DNA from: a virus
IMG/VR virus record: IMGVR_UViG_3300048818_000149
Coordinates: 1 to 60,064 of that record
Length of the DNA: 60,064 nt
Strand: one strand, 5' to 3'
A program made the translations under genes and the position numbers. Every line of letters begins with the position of its first letter. The first letter of the stretch is position 1. Positions 25,372 to 33,650 of the stretch are shown here, piece after piece. The notes beneath the pieces are model-generated. The model did not search any database. It saw only the letters and a list, made by a program, of their open reading frames with translations, and had not been told where the DNA came from.

Positions 25372-25845
25372 CATGCTTATCCGGTTGCCACACACAAACG
25401 CTGAGACCTACTAGATGTTGAAGCTCTTGTTTGGAAACGATTGGTTGCGGCGAAAGATTGCCGGCGACCCCGACGTAGAGACCGAGGCAGGCAAGCTGCG
25501 CTTCGGTCCTGATCCTGATTACCGCGAGCCAGAGCCGGACTGGCAAATTCCGCCAATTGAACGGCCCCGGCAGCCGTTTTTCACGATCAACAAGGAAAAA
25601 CCCATGACCACCTCCATAAAGGTTCACGTCAACGGAAAATACCGCGCAACCGTAAAGCAGAGCGGCAACGATCCGGTGACCGTCGAAGGCAACTACAACG
25701 GCGGCAGCGGCGAAAAGACGTTCTATTTGCCCCACCCGGCCAAAGCGACTTTTGAGATTTCGGAAGAGCAGGTTGCCGTTGGCGACGAGCGGCCCGCTAC
25801 GTGACCACAAGATGTAGGGCTGTGTGTCTAAACCGGATAAGCATG
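25372..25845. mobile_element. 474-bp element with terminal inverted repeats, flanked by an 8-bp direct repeat (ATGAATAT)
   Basis: catgcttatccggtt (25372-25386) is the reverse complement of 25831-25845. ACACACA continues the match after 3 mismatches. ATGAATAT occurs at 25364-25371 and 25846-25853. Confidence 0.6.
25415..25804 (+). CDS. Hypothetical protein inside the TIR element (129 aa, or 66 aa from ATG 25604)
   Basis: Internal ATG 25604 has AAGGAAAAACCC upstream (MTTSIKVHVNGKYRATV...). The true start is uncertain. Confidence 0.5.
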   Translation: MLKLLFGNDWLRRKIAGDPDVETEAGKLRFGPDPDYREPEPDWQIPPIERPRQPFFTINKEKPMTTSIKVHVNGKYRATVKQSGNDPVTVEGNYNGGSGEKTFYLPHPAKATFEISEEQVAVGDERPAT

Positions 25846-27309
25846 ATGAATATCATCAGTGACCAGTATGATCGGCTAGCGCCAGGAGACATCGTGGTGC
25901 TAGATGCCCGCCAGCGCAGCGAGCTTCAAGTGGACGAGGAGTTCGTCAGCTCTCTGCGGCACAGAGGCGTTCTAGTGCCGCTGCTGGTCACGCGAGCCCG
26001 CGTGCTAGTCGCCGGTGGCCGCAGGCGCCAAGCGGCCCTCAGCGCTGGGCTAGAGACCGTACCAGTTAGGTACGTGGAGGACCACGCAACGCCCAGCGAA
26101 CTGCGTCTGATCGAACTCGAAGAGAACATCAGACGCGCCGAGTTGCCCTGGCGAGATGAGTGTCGGGCAGTAAGCGAACTGCACCAGCTGTGGTGTGGCA
26201 CGCGAGAGAACTGGACCGCAGAGAAGAGCCAGAGCGTTCTGGGTCACGACATGGGCAGATGGCTACGGGTGGCCAGGGACCTCGACAATCCACGACTCGC
26301 TACGGCTACCAGCCTCTTCAGCGCATTTAATATCTGCCAGCGAATAGACCAGCGCGCAGCCGACGCGGCAATGGAAGACATTACGTATGCCAGCACAGCT
26401 CTGCTAGATGGAGCCACAGAGGAGAGCGTTGGCACAGACGAACTAGGAACGTTAGACGAATTCTCCGAGGTCACTTCCCCTCCCGGTGAAGCCTCGGAGA
26501 TAGGAGAGGCAGCTTCGGGCACTGGATCGCCCCCCGTCCCCACAGCTCGGGCTGCCTCTCCGACTTTGCGCAGACAGCCCACGAACGCTGGCGCTGCCCT
26601 GCCACCAGAGGATATTATCTGCACGGATTTCATGAAATGGGCCAGCAACTATGTCGGGCCGAGGTTCAACTTTATTCATTGCGATTTCCCTTATGGCAAG
26701 AAGGTCTTCGGCGGCCAGTGGGGAGGGAAGAACGACACAGGCTTTCAGTATGACGACTCGCCCGATGTCTACTGGGAGCTAGTTGCTAGTCTCTGCAAGA
26801 ACCTAGACAGGCTCATGGCTCCCAGTGCGCACCTGATGTTCTGGCTTAGTAGCGAAATCGAGATGCAGCATGCCACAATCGCCCGCTTTCGTGAACTGGC
26901 ACCCGAGCTTATATTCCAGCCTCGCGCTCTTGTATGGCTCAAGTCTGACAACGTCGGAATCGTGCCAGACCCCAAGCGCGGTCCGCGCTGGATCACAGAG
27001 TTGGCCCTTATGGCTTCTCGCGGCGATCGCGTGCTCGTGCAGCCGCTAGCGAATGCGTACAACGCGCCCACAGCGCGCACTCTTCACCCCAGTGCGAAGC
27101 CCGAGCCAGTTCTGCGGCACTTCTTCAGAATGTTCGTGGATGACACCAGCAGGGTATTAGACCCAACGTGTGGGGCAGGAAGCTCTTTACGTGCCGCTGA
27201 GAGTTTGAATGCACTTCAAGTTCTGGGAATTGAGAAAGACGAAAATTATGTCTTGGCAGCCAGAAAAGCTCTTCGTGAGTTCAGGACTTTGCGAGAACTG
27301 ACCAAATGA
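25843..27309 (+). CDS. ParB-like nuclease domain fused to a beta-class N6A/N4C DNA methyltransferase
   Basis: ParB box VAGGRRRQAA. Motif IV IHCDFPYG precedes motif I VLDPTCGAGSS. Start at ATGATG 25843/25846. Confidence 0.85.
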   Translation: MMNIISDQYDRLAPGDIVVLDARQRSELQVDEEFVSSLRHRGVLVPLLVTRARVLVAGGRRRQAALSAGLETVPVRYVEDHATPSELRLIELEENIRRAELPWRDECRAVSELHQLWCGTRENWTAEKSQSVLGHDMGRWLRVARDLDNPRLATATSLFSAFNICQRIDQRAADAAMEDITYASTALLDGATEESVGTDELGTLDEFSEVTSPPGEASEIGEAASGTGSPPVPTARAASPTLRRQPTNAGAALPPEDIICTDFMKWASNYVGPRFNFIHCDFPYGKKVFGGQWGGKNDTGFQYDDSPDVYWELVASLCKNLDRLMAPSAHLMFWLSSEIEMQHATIARFRELAPELIFQPRALVWLKSDNVGIVPDPKRGPRWITELALMASRGDRVLVQPLANAYNAPTARTLHPSAKPEPVLRHFFRMFVDDTSRVLDPTCGAGSSLRAAESLNALQVLGIEKDENYVLAARKALREFRTLRELTK

Positions 27310-27794
27310 GGAAAGCTGTTGGAAGTTGCATCGTAGACGGCTGTGAAAAGCCTAAGTATTCTCGTGGCTGGTGTCAGGCACACTATCAGCGCTGGTATCA
27401 TACTGGTAAACTTGAGACCGAACGACAGCCAGCAGGCGCTTGGAGAGACAAACTCTGTACAGTCCCGGGTTGCACTCGCCCGATGTGGATGGCAAAACAG
27501 GGAGTCTGTCAAGTTCATTATCACAGACTGATGCAGAATGGCACAACAGAAATATCACGTAATCCACCTGGAGCAGGTTCATTACAGGGTGGCTATCTCT
27601 GTTTTGTAGAAGACTATGAGCGAACATTCGATCATCGGCAAGTTGCAGCCAAGAAACTCGGCCGTGAGTTGTTGCCGACTGAGGTTGTTCATCACAAAGA
27701 TGAAAACAAGCTCAACAACGATCCAGATAATCTGGAAGTTTGCTCTTCTCAAAGCGAGCATATCTCAAAATTTCATGGAGGTCAATCAAAATGA
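27306..27794 (+). CDS. HNH homing endonuclease with two GC...G.C..HY.R zinc modules
   Basis: VVHHKDENKLNNDPDNLEVCSSQSEH (HNH). N-terminal CIVDGCEKPKYSRGWCQAHYQRW and CTVPGCTRPMWMAKQGVCQVHYHRL. Confidence 0.85.
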   Translation: MRKAVGSCIVDGCEKPKYSRGWCQAHYQRWYHTGKLETERQPAGAWRDKLCTVPGCTRPMWMAKQGVCQVHYHRLMQNGTTEISRNPPGAGSLQGGYLCFVEDYERTFDHRQVAAKKLGRELLPTEVVHHKDENKLNNDPDNLEVCSSQSEHISKFHGGQSK

Positions 27795-28039
27795 CAGACT
27801 TTCATTGGTGCTGGAGTTATAGACCACAAACTGACACTATGTGGGCTGTTGGTGTACGAGAACCGGCTGATAAAATAAGGCCGGGATTAATTATTTCTGC
27901 TGAGTCAGATCTGGCCCAAGAGCTATCGCGTGAACACGCTGCAGAAGTTGCAGCCTTTATCGAAGCGCCCCGCCCAGCCGTTGCGCCAGGCTATGAAGTC
28001 GATTTAACTCGCTTCGACGGACAAGGGAACTTACGATGA
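27791..28039 (+). CDS. Hypothetical protein, 82 aa, in the HNH cassette
   Basis: ATGA junctions at both ends. Confidence 0.5.
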   Translation: MTDFHWCWSYRPQTDTMWAVGVREPADKIRPGLIISAESDLAQELSREHAAEVAAFIEAPRPAVAPGYEVDLTRFDGQGNLR

Positions 28040-28203
28040 GGACGAGGATGCTGGACCCGACCTGCGGCGCCGGCAGCAGCCTTCGCGCTGCCGAGTCGCT
28101 GAACGCAGCGGCAATCTTGGGTATCGAAAGAGATGAGAACTATGTGCTGGCCGCACGGAAGGCGCTGAGAGAATTCCGAACACTTAGGGAGTTGACGAAA
28201 TGA
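28036..28203 (+). pseudogene. Stranded native 3' end of the methyltransferase gene (55-codon ORF still coupled by ATGA)
   Basis: MRTRM-LDPTCGAGSSLRAAESLNAAAILGIERDENYVLAARKALREFRTLRELTK. 46/50 aa identical to the end of 25843..27309. Confidence 0.7.
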
Positions 28204-28577
28204 AACAATGTTCAGTCTGTAACTGGCCACTCGAAACCGAGGGTGATCGTAGGGCAGCACGTACATGTAAGATACAGAATTGTCCGGGCCAGTTAGCTTA
28301 CACAGAAAGCCAACTCTCTGCCGATCCCAGCCGGGGCATTCTGAACGAGCGCAGAAAGACGCACGGTAGCTTCAAGGAGAGTGCCATAATCAGTCAGCAG
28401 ATCAAGCACGTCTTTCACTCATACGGACAGTATCCGACTGAGAACCCGATTTACTGCGAGGCGCTCGACATGATCGCGCTGAAACTTTCGCGCATCCTGT
28501 CCGGCCAGGCCAACTATAAAGATCACTGGACTGACATCGCGGGCTATGCCAAGCTGGCCGAGGAGGCGTGCAAATGA
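28200..28577 (+). CDS. DUF6378-like protein (dATP/dGTP diphosphohydrolase N-domain-like)
   Basis: RKTHGSFKESA...EALDMIALKLSRILSGQANYKDHWTDIAGYAKL matches that phage family as I remember it. Confidence 0.5.
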   Translation: MKQCSVCNWPLETEGDRRAARTCKIQNCPGQLAYTESQLSADPSRGILNERRKTHGSFKESAIISQQIKHVFHSYGQYPTENPIYCEALDMIALKLSRILSGQANYKDHWTDIAGYAKLAEEACK

Positions 28578-28900
28578 CAGACTTTCTTCTCACACTACGT
28601 CAAGCCGACATCGAGCGAGACAAGATTTGGAACCCCCAGAAACTTCTCTCGCTCAGCTTTCGCGGGAACGAACTGGGCGGTGAAATCGGTGAAGCCCAGA
28701 ATATTCTTAAGAAGATCGAGCGCGAGCGACTGGGTCTGCGTGGCAGCAGAGCCACGCCCGAGATGCTCGCAGAAGAGCTGGCGGACGGCGTAATCTGTAT
28801 TGATCTGATCGCGATGGAGTTCAATATCGCACTGGAGCAGGCCATTCGAGCCAAGTTCAACAAGACCTCGCGCGAGAGGGGACTGGACGTGCTGTTGTGA
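28574..28900 (+). CDS. MazG-like all-alpha nucleoside triphosphate pyrophosphohydrolase
   Basis: ELGGEIGEAQNILKKIER...EELADGVICIDLIA...KFNKTS. ATG 28574 (ATGA overlap, GAGGAGG upstream). Confidence 0.7.
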   Translation: MTDFLLTLRQADIERDKIWNPQKLLSLSFRGNELGGEIGEAQNILKKIERERLGLRGSRATPEMLAEELADGVICIDLIAMEFNIALEQAIRAKFNKTSRERGLDVLL

Positions 28901-29349
28901 AATGTTATATCTTCGACCTAGATGGCACGCTGGCCGACGACAGCCATCGCTGGCATCATGTCACCAAGACTGGTGACTGGGAGGCGTACTACGCGGCGGC
29001 CACAGAGGACAAGCCCATCAGTCACGTCATCGAAGTGGCCAAGGCGCTGCAGAGCGCAGGTTTCTTCATTGCTATCGTCACTGGGCGCAGCGAGAGCATA
29101 CGTGCTGAGACTGAAGACTGGCTTCTCGCGCACGGCATACTTTTCCAGGAACTCATTATGCGCAAGCGGACAGACCGCAGGCGAAATAGCGAACTGAAGC
29201 TAGAGGCCCTAGAGACTCTGCGCGCGAAGGGCTACATGCCGCTCATGGTCTTTGAGGACTTACCAGCCGCCGTTCGCACGTACAGACTGGCGGGCGTTCC
29301 GTGCGCGCAAGTGGCGGACCCAGAAGATTGGGATCATAAGCATCCATGA
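28897..29349 (+). CDS. HAD-superfamily phosphatase
   Basis: Motif I FDLDGTLAD, motif II VTGR, and a downstream VFEDL-type acidic motif. Confidence 0.75.
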   Translation: MKCYIFDLDGTLADDSHRWHHVTKTGDWEAYYAAATEDKPISHVIEVAKALQSAGFFIAIVTGRSESIRAETEDWLLAHGILFQELIMRKRTDRRRNSELKLEALETLRAKGYMPLMVFEDLPAAVRTYRLAGVPCAQVADPEDWDHKHP

Positions 29350-30476
29350 CCGCAGCGCCATTCGCCCACACGGCAGGACCGCAGCGCGCGCACACAGTCT
29401 TCGTGGGCGAAGCGTTCGGCGCTGAGGAAGAAGAAGTCGGCCAACCGTTCGTCGGCCAGTCTGGCCGCGAGTTCGCCCGTATGCTAGGGGAAGCTTGGCA
29501 GCAGCCCGCACTGCTCGCAGCGGCCGCTTCGCCCGCACGGGCAGACTTCATCGCACTGCGCAATGATTGGCTCAATGAGCACGGAGTGCTCTTGACGAAC
29601 GTCTTCGCCCTGCGGCCGCAGAATAATAACTTGGCCTACTTATGCTGCAGTAAAGAGGAACTCCCCAATGACTACACCCTCGGCCCGGTTAGAACGGAAG
29701 CTCCTCGCTACATACGGGGTGAATTCCTGCCTGAACTTGAGCGCCTCAGATCAGAAATCATGGCTGCTCAGCCAAACCTCGTCGTTGCTCTTGGCTCCAC
29801 CGCGCTCTGGGCGCTCCTCGGCACCTGCGGAATTGGAGCGCACCGCGGAACGACTACGATCAGCCAGCTCGTACCAGGACAGAAACTACTGGGGACGTAT
29901 CACCCAGCGGGAATAATGTACCAGTGGTCGCTACGCAGCACGATGCTGGCGGACTTGATGAAGGCAGAGAACGAGGCGAGACACGCAGACATAATTCGCC
30001 CCGTTCGTCACATTCATGTCTGCCCGGACATAGAGGATGTGGAGAGCACGACGCAGTGGCTGCTGGAGAATGCGAAGATACTCTCACCTGACATCGAGAC
30101 GATGAAGGGCCAAATACGCTGCATTGGCTTCGCGTGGACCAGAAGCGATGCCATCGTGATCCCCTTTATCCACAACCTTTCTGGTAAGAACTATTGGGAC
30201 TGGGAAGAGCACGAGATGCGCGCCTGGGCGTGCGTTCGGCGGCTACTGGAGAGTGACGTGCCCAAAGTGGGCCAGAATTTTATCTTCGACTTGCAGTATC
30301 TGACTCGCGCGGGCATACGACCGAAGAACTGCCAGCACGATACGATGTTGCTGCATCACGTACTTTATCCAGAACTACCAAAGGGACTCGGCTTCTTGGC
30401 CAGCATCTACTGTAATGATTTCGCCCACAAGCTGCTCCGAAAACGTGGCGAGGAGGAGTTGAAGCGCGATGAGTAA
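29346..30476 (+). CDS. DNA polymerase part 1: family-4-UDG-like domain fused to the front of the PolA 3'-5' exonuclease domain
   Basis: GEAFGAEEEEVGQPFVGQSG and TYHPAG (UDG-like). SPDIET (Exo I). VGQNFIFDLQYL (Exo II). Confidence 0.8.
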   Translation: MTAAPFAHTAGPQRAHTVFVGEAFGAEEEEVGQPFVGQSGREFARMLGEAWQQPALLAAAASPARADFIALRNDWLNEHGVLLTNVFALRPQNNNLAYLCCSKEELPNDYTLGPVRTEAPRYIRGEFLPELERLRSEIMAAQPNLVVALGSTALWALLGTCGIGAHRGTTTISQLVPGQKLLGTYHPAGIMYQWSLRSTMLADLMKAENEARHADIIRPVRHIHVCPDIEDVESTTQWLLENAKILSPDIETMKGQIRCIGFAWTRSDAIVIPFIHNLSGKNYWDWEEHEMRAWACVRRLLESDVPKVGQNFIFDLQYLTRAGIRPKNCQHDTMLLHHVLYPELPKGLGFLASIYCNDFAHKLLRKRGEEELKRDE

Positions 30477-31068
30477 AATCTGCAAAGTTGAAGGATGTAC
30501 TAATAGTGCTGGTTCATCACGCGGCCTGTGCAATACACACTACTTGCGTCTCATGCGACATGGAGATGTCAATGTAGTCAAAAAGAAAACACGGACTGGA
30601 GCCTGTACAGCAGCTGGCTGTTCTGAGCCAAGATACGCAAAGGCTCTGTGTAAGAAGCATTACTATGCTCAGTTCAAGCTCTGCGTAGTGGAAGGCTGTA
30701 ATGAGCCCGCCCGGTATGGAGGTGGCCTGTGTCTTGCCCACGGACGAAATTTGAAAAGAAATGGAACTGTTGATTATATTCGTAATACTCTTGCTGTCGG
30801 TGAAACAAGAGAAAGAAAAGACGGCTACATTGTCATCAATCATAGTGGAGAACGAAAATTAGAGCACATAGTTCTGGCTGAAAAGGCTCTTGGCAGACCG
30901 CTGCCATCGAAAGCTGTTGTTCATCATATAAACGAGGATAGAGCAGATAATCGAACTCCGTTCAACCTAATAATCTGTCCTAACCAAGAGTATCACATGC
31001 TCTTACATAAAAGAGCACGCGCACTCGGTTATCGTGGCAAGATTTACGAAATAGATGAGTTATTCTGA
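30469..31068 (+). CDS. HNH homing endonuclease (paralog of 27306..27794) interrupting the polymerase gene
   Basis: Three GC...C..HY modules and VVHHINEDRADNRTPFNLIICPNQEYHMLLH. Markedly lower GC. Overlaps the pol part 1 stop by 8 nt. Confidence 0.85.
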   Translation: MSKICKVEGCTNSAGSSRGLCNTHYLRLMRHGDVNVVKKKTRTGACTAAGCSEPRYAKALCKKHYYAQFKLCVVEGCNEPARYGGGLCLAHGRNLKRNGTVDYIRNTLAVGETRERKDGYIVINHSGERKLEHIVLAEKALGRPLPSKAVVHHINEDRADNRTPFNLIICPNQEYHMLLHKRARALGYRGKIYEIDELF

Positions 31069-31427
31069 TGACTGAGAAATGCTGGTGTGGTAGGCAGATA
31101 CTTGTACGAACTGAATTGGCCAATCGCCGAGGAGGATATAATTTTGACTTTGTGCATGATAATATGCAGTATAATGCGAGCGTTCGTACTCACAAAGGCA
31201 TTCCAGTAGAAGTTTTTCTGAATGCCAATAAAATAGATAGTTCCGCCGACATGGTAGCTCGCGACGCAGCAATAATGCTCAGTATCATGCTTCAGTTTGG
31301 AGTTCCACTCAGCGCGCTCGCGGACAGCGCTCTAGGCAAGAATGCGGACGGTAGCAGCAGCTCTCCCATCGGGGCGCTCATAGAGATACTGGCGAAAGGA
31401 GAGCGCGGTGGCGAGCAACAGAAGTAG
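31068..31427 (+). CDS. TSCPD-domain-like protein
   Basis: PVEVFLNANKIDSSADMVARDAAIMLSIMLQFGVPLSALADSAL...SSSPIGALIEIL resembles the TSCPD pattern. Tentative. Confidence 0.45.
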   Translation: MTEKCWCGRQILVRTELANRRGGYNFDFVHDNMQYNASVRTHKGIPVEVFLNANKIDSSADMVARDAAIMLSIMLQFGVPLSALADSALGKNADGSSSSPIGALIEILAKGERGGEQQK

Positions 31428-31728
31428 AACTAGCGAGAACGAGATGCGCACGCAGCTCGACGCGGCCAATTCGCGCGTGCAGCGCAGAGGTAAGATGCTG
31501 CGCCTGTGCCAGACGCTCTTCGCGACCATTATGCACGCCAGTAACGAGTCAGTTCGCCGCTCTGGCGTCGTGCGTTCTGGTGAGGCTGAGGCGCAGTACG
31601 AATTGGCCAAAAGTTTCGTCGCCAGCATAGAACAGGAGATAAAGAACGATGAGCGAGACAGTCCCAAGTGGAGAAAAGGACGACCAGCCAGACGGGCCGA
31701 TACCGGCGAAGCCCGTTGCGCTAGCTGA
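31408..31728 (+). CDS. Hypothetical protein (GTG 31408 or ATG 31444)
   Basis: Open frame. An 80-nt overlap with the next ORF makes the extent uncertain. Confidence 0.35.
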   Translation: MASNRSRTSENEMRTQLDAANSRVQRRGKMLRLCQTLFATIMHASNESVRRSGVVRSGEAEAQYELAKSFVASIEQEIKNDERDSPKWRKGRPARRADTGEARCAS

Positions 31729-31924
31729 GATACTACCAGCCGCGCCGGGTGAGCCCGCAATAACGTGCGAACTGACGCTGACCGAAGTGGGCTGCATAGC
31801 GGCGAGTATCCAGACTGCTGTGCGCTCCGGCTGGGTCCGCGAGCCCAGTCACCTGAACGTGGCCAATAGCGTGCTGCGAAAGTTCCACGAGGCGAAGCTC
31901 AAGCTGGCGGAGACTCTGCCATGA
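31649..31924 (+). CDS. Hypothetical protein, 91 aa
   Basis: Open frame with ATGA junction downstream. Confidence 0.45.
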   Translation: MSETVPSGEKDDQPDGPIPAKPVALAEILPAAPGEPAITCELTLTEVGCIAASIQTAVRSGWVREPSHLNVANSVLRKFHEAKLKLAETLP

Positions 31925-32106
31925 AGCGTGGATCAAGACCACAGTACACGGTATGTCCGTTTGATCTACCCCTCCATGCTTATTTGCTGCATCGTGAGCA
32001 GGTACTGATCTATCAGATCGCTGCAATCAAAGGTGCTATTCGTGCTGCAGAGCAGGAATTAGAAAATACCACGCAAGCACAATATGCCTTGCAGAGTGCG
32101 AAATAA
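31921..32106 (+). CDS. Hypothetical protein, 61 aa, lower GC
   Basis: ATGA upstream and TAATG downstream junctions. Confidence 0.45.
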   Translation: MKRGSRPQYTVCPFDLPLHAYLLHREQVLIYQIAAIKGAIRAAEQELENTTQAQYALQSAK

Positions 32107-33650
32107 TGCTCATCCAGACTGACACACTCGATGCAGCGAAACTGAAGACGCTCGACGAGCCCACGACGCATCAGCTCTATTGCGGGCTAGATTGCTGCCT
32201 GACGCTAGAGGTCTTCGAGGAACTTTCTGCGCTCTGCACTCCAGCGGGCGCGGAGTCGACCGAGTGGCCCGTGTGCTACACGTTCGAGCGAGCGTTACAG
32301 GCGCCAGCGCTCGACATGATGCTTAGGGGCTTCAAAATAGATCAGTACGCGCGCTATGAGGGCATCGAGCGCACGAAAGCTGAGAGCCAAGTTATTCGCG
32401 GCCAGCTAGACGAGCTGGCCGAGTCGCTATGGGGAAAGGGCCTCAATCCTGGCTCGCATAAGCAGCTCAAAGAGTTCTTCTATGGCGCGATGAAGCTGCC
32501 CCCAGTCGTCACGAGCATACATGGCGAGAAAAAGACCAGTCTCAATCGTGAGAGCTTAGAGAAACTTGAGCAATACTTTCACGCGAGACCCATCGTCGCA
32601 CTGATCATTGAGGCCCGCGACTTGCAGAAACGTCTGAGCGTCCTCGAAACGGAGATTGGTCATGACGGCCGAATGCGGACCAGTTACAACATTGCTGGAA
32701 CTAACACAGGTCGATGGTCTTCTAGCTCGGACGTTACGGGGGCTGGAACAAACCTGCAGAATATCACGCCCGAACTGCGTCGGATGTTCGTGGCAGACAG
32801 AGGCTGGAAGCTCTGTGGTATTGACCTTGAGCAGGCTGAGTCACGCGAGGTGGGCTGGTTGTGTGGAATTCTTTTCGGCGACTGGAGGTATCTCGACGCC
32901 TGCGAGGGTGGTGACCTTCACACTACGACCGCCAAGCTCATATGGCCCTACTTGGCCTGGACGAACGATGCAAAAAAGGATCGCGAGATTGCTGACAGAG
33001 CATTCTACAGAGGCTTCAGCTATCGCGATATGAGCAAACGCGGCGGGCACGCCACAAACTATCTGTCAACACCATGGACAATGGCCAGAAACTTGAAGAT
33101 ACCTCTCGTGCTGGCTGAGAACTTTCAAGACAGCTACTTCGGAGCCTTTCCAGCTATTCCGCAATATCATCAGTGGACAGCAGAGCGGCTGCAACTAGAG
33201 GGCAGCATAACGACTCCATTCGGCCGAAAGAGACAATTCTTTGGGAGAAGAGACGATGACACGACTCTGCGTAAGGCCATTGCTTTTTCCCCTCAAAGCG
33301 CCACCGGGGACCGGCTTAATTTGGGTCTGTGGCGCATCTGGAAAGAGATGCCACAAGTTCAGCTGCTGGCTCAGGTTCATGACGCTGTGTACTTTCAGTA
33401 TCCTGAGACCCAGAATAGTGAACAGGAAGCGGCGTATGTACAACAGGCCTTGAGTCTTATTGAGATCTCGACCACGTCGAACGGACGAACATTCTGCGTG
33501 CCGGGAGAGGCCAAGATTGGTTGGAACTGGGCGGCAAGTGATCCGAAGAATAAACTTTTCGCTGACGGTAATCCCGAGGGCTTGCAGAAGTGGTCAGCCA
33601 CTCTGCCCGACACGAGAAGACGCAAAGCAGACATGGAGAGAACGTTATGA
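32106..33650 (+). CDS. DNA polymerase part 2: Exo III motif plus family A thumb/palm/fingers
   Basis: LYCGLDCCLTLEV (Yx3D Exo III), GRWSSS...TNLQNI, GIDLEQAESRE (motif A), KRGGHATNY (motif B), LAQVHDAVY (motif C). Confidence 0.9.
   Translation: MLIQTDTLDAAKLKTLDEPTTHQLYCGLDCCLTLEVFEELSALCTPAGAESTEWPVCYTFERALQAPALDMMLRGFKIDQYARYEGIERTKAESQVIRGQLDELAESLWGKGLNPGSHKQLKEFFYGAMKLPPVVTSIHGEKKTSLNRESLEKLEQYFHARPIVALIIEARDLQKRLSVLETEIGHDGRMRTSYNIAGTNTGRWSSSSDVTGAGTNLQNITPELRRMFVADRGWKLCGIDLEQAESREVGWLCGILFGDWRYLDACEGGDLHTTTAKLIWPYLAWTNDAKKDREIADRAFYRGFSYRDMSKRGGHATNYLSTPWTMARNLKIPLVLAENFQDSYFGAFPAIPQYHQWTAERLQLEGSITTPFGRKRQFFGRRDDDTTLRKAIAFSPQSATGDRLNLGLWRIWKEMPQVQLLAQVHDAVYFQYPETQNSEQEAAYVQQALSLIEISTTSNGRTFCVPGEAKIGWNWAASDPKNKLFADGNPEGLQKWSATLPDTRRRKADMERTL

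Larger units (their letters stand above)
27157..28050 (+). mobile_element. Lower-GC HNH cassette carrying a recoded copy of the methyltransferase 3' end
   Basis: Codon style switches to A/T-ending at about 27150. Contains 27157-27309 (recoded exon end), the HNH gene and one small ORF. The native 3' end follows at 28051. Confidence 0.65.

Noticed and set aside
27788-27802. 15-nt identity aaatgacagactttc shared by the starts of 27791..28039 and 28574..28900
   Set aside because: Roughly one or two chance 15-mer repeats are expected in a 60-kb sequence. The identity does not extend and the proteins diverge immediately after MTDF.
30477-32105. Group I/II intron or intein interrupting the polymerase gene
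   Set aside because: The interval is filled with five translationally coupled ORFs that have their own starts. Part 1 ends with an in-frame stop and part 2 begins with its own ATG. No intein splice motifs (C/S...HN-C/S/T) flank the break.
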